Below are positions 62,795 through 64,000 of a DNA stretch of 64,000 bases, piece by piece. Every line of letters starts with the position of its first letter. Positions within the stretch are counted from its first letter, which is position 1. Origin of the DNA: Iphione sp. A-MEVVRFRX5. Taxonomy: Eukaryota. The translations under genes were made by a program, and so were the position numbers. The notes beneath the pieces are model-generated. The model saw only the letters and a program-made list of their open reading frames with translations. It ran no database searches and was not told where the DNA came from. The stretch is from assembly GCA_976226885.1 (NCBI GenBank), contig OZ320314.1, forward strand, positions 119,040,001 through 119,104,000, read 5' to 3'.

Positions 62795-63438
62795 AATGAT
62801 CAGTCAATGAGAAGCCACGCTCCCACAGCAGGCTCAAGCCAAGATGACACCATCTTTCTTTGACATACATTCTGCAAGATATTCTCTCCACAACATACCA
62901 CATTCAAAACATTTCTTCATGCCTTCTATCCAATCACTCAATAACTCTTGTCTCAGAAAATGCACATTATACACATTTACCCAGCTCTCTTTCTGAAACA
63001 CTCACACATCAAATATCTCAACTACAACTAGAAATAAATACAGTAGTCGTCCAAAATACAACATTCTTCCTAGCTGTACAGCTGAACACATCTATCTACA
63101 TGAGTGAAAACATGGGAGAACAGGTCCCAATCGGTTGAAACCTCCTTATAGTGTCCATGCCTAACATCAAACAAACTATGGATAGGTACAACTGATTCGG
63201 TAGAAAAGTCAAAAATGCACAATGTTCCCAGATGATGCAACAGTCCTTGGAAGAACAGTATACAACTTTTAACGATCCATATCAAATAGGATTAAGTTAA
63301 CAGGAGGAGTGATCCGGTTAACAAGATAGTATCAGTGCCAAGCATTAGTACTGAGTTCAATATAAATTAGAATTAATTTAAATAATGTTCGTGAAGGTAT
63401 TATGGCGATTAACCTATTGAAGTTTTGATTGTCCTAAT

Positions 63439-64000
63439 TTAGCTTTCCCGTCCATCACCATATTTGGCAATGAAGACATCCATGAATTCGGCGAGTGAGT
63501 CCGACCATCTCTTACGACACCTGCTGGTCACCTTAAGCCCATCGCTCTTCAGCCAAGTGTTATCTACACTAGGATAGCCGTCCACGTCCACATTCACTGG
63601 CAAATCAAAGCGAGGAGGGGACAGGCCATACCGATAGGCTGAAATGTTACAAACACTGTTATGTATTATCACCGACGCATCCAGTAAAGGCTGCTCTTCG
63701 TCAATCTCCATATCAGGCTCCATTCTCTGCAGATCGAAGCTCGACACAGGAGTCCAGATTAGTTTTGGACCAGTCCTAAGCGGTCCCCGGATCAGCTCTG
63801 TCATACGATCCAGCAACTTGTGAAGATAGATCCGAAAAGCCCACGCTCCTCGTCTACGCACCGACCATTGACCGTCTTCCTTCACCATGAGATCAAGTGA
63901 TCCCAAACATAGTAGAACCAGCTTGTACGTGGATGTATCACCATAAAGCCTCTTCCTTAGTAAGCGCCGGTAAGTTGCACGCTTTACTAAAATGACGTCT
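63439..64000 (-). CDS. LINE ORF1 C-terminal part, SGNH esterase-like
   Basis: Frame open from the window edge. VLLCLGSLDL resembles block III (GxND) and LKSDGLK resembles block V (DGxH). Esterase ORF1s are established in CR1-group LINEs. Confidence 0.6.
   Translation of the reverse strand, partial: DVILVKRATYRRLLRKRLYGDTSTYKLVLLCLGSLDLMVKEDGQWSVRRRGAWAFRIYLHKLLDRMTELIRGPLRTGPKLIWTPVSSFDLQRMEPDMEIDEEQPLLDASVIIHNSVCNISAYRYGLSPPRFDLPVNVDVDGYPSVDNTWLKSDGLKVTSRCRKRWSDSLAEFMDVFIAKYGDGRES

Larger units (their letters stand above)
59419..64000 (-). mobile_element. CR1-group non-LTR retrotransposon (L2/Crack/Daphne/CR1-like), running off the right edge
   Basis: Intact APE+RT ORF2, upstream ORF1 fragment, 3' UTR ending in AATAAA followed by (TGAATC)x3 at 59419-59443. 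Confidence 0.92.

Overview
Eukaryotic draft-assembly window with five N gaps and no prokaryotic features. It is probably amphioxus (Branchiostoma), inferred from the Bari-type homeobox gene and the repeat landscape. Three genes are supported. (1) A multi-exon ODF2/cenexin-like coiled-coil gene on the minus strand: 13 well-supported exons from 18423 to 399, continuing off the left edge, plus a candidate upstream exon. (2) An uncharacterised, mostly disordered protein gene of about 1100-1200 aa on the plus strand (36714-40800), with internal 20-aa and 45-aa repeats. (3) A three-exon Bari-like (BarH-related) homeobox gene on the minus strand (42633-51562), with a TAAT-rich upstream region. Mobile DNA includes a CR1-group LINE with an intact 938-aa ORF2 and an esterase-like ORF1, a solo LTR with a 4-bp TSD, a decayed 5'-inverted Penelope-like element inside the homeobox intron, a near-canonical minimal hammerhead motif and many MITEs. 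The most unusual pattern is three tandem arrays in ODF2, each made of copies of an exon end plus its 5' splice site. One array parses exactly into repeated 63-nt GT-AG introns and open, in-frame 42-nt (14-codon) micro-exons. All protein family calls come from recalled motifs, not from database searches.
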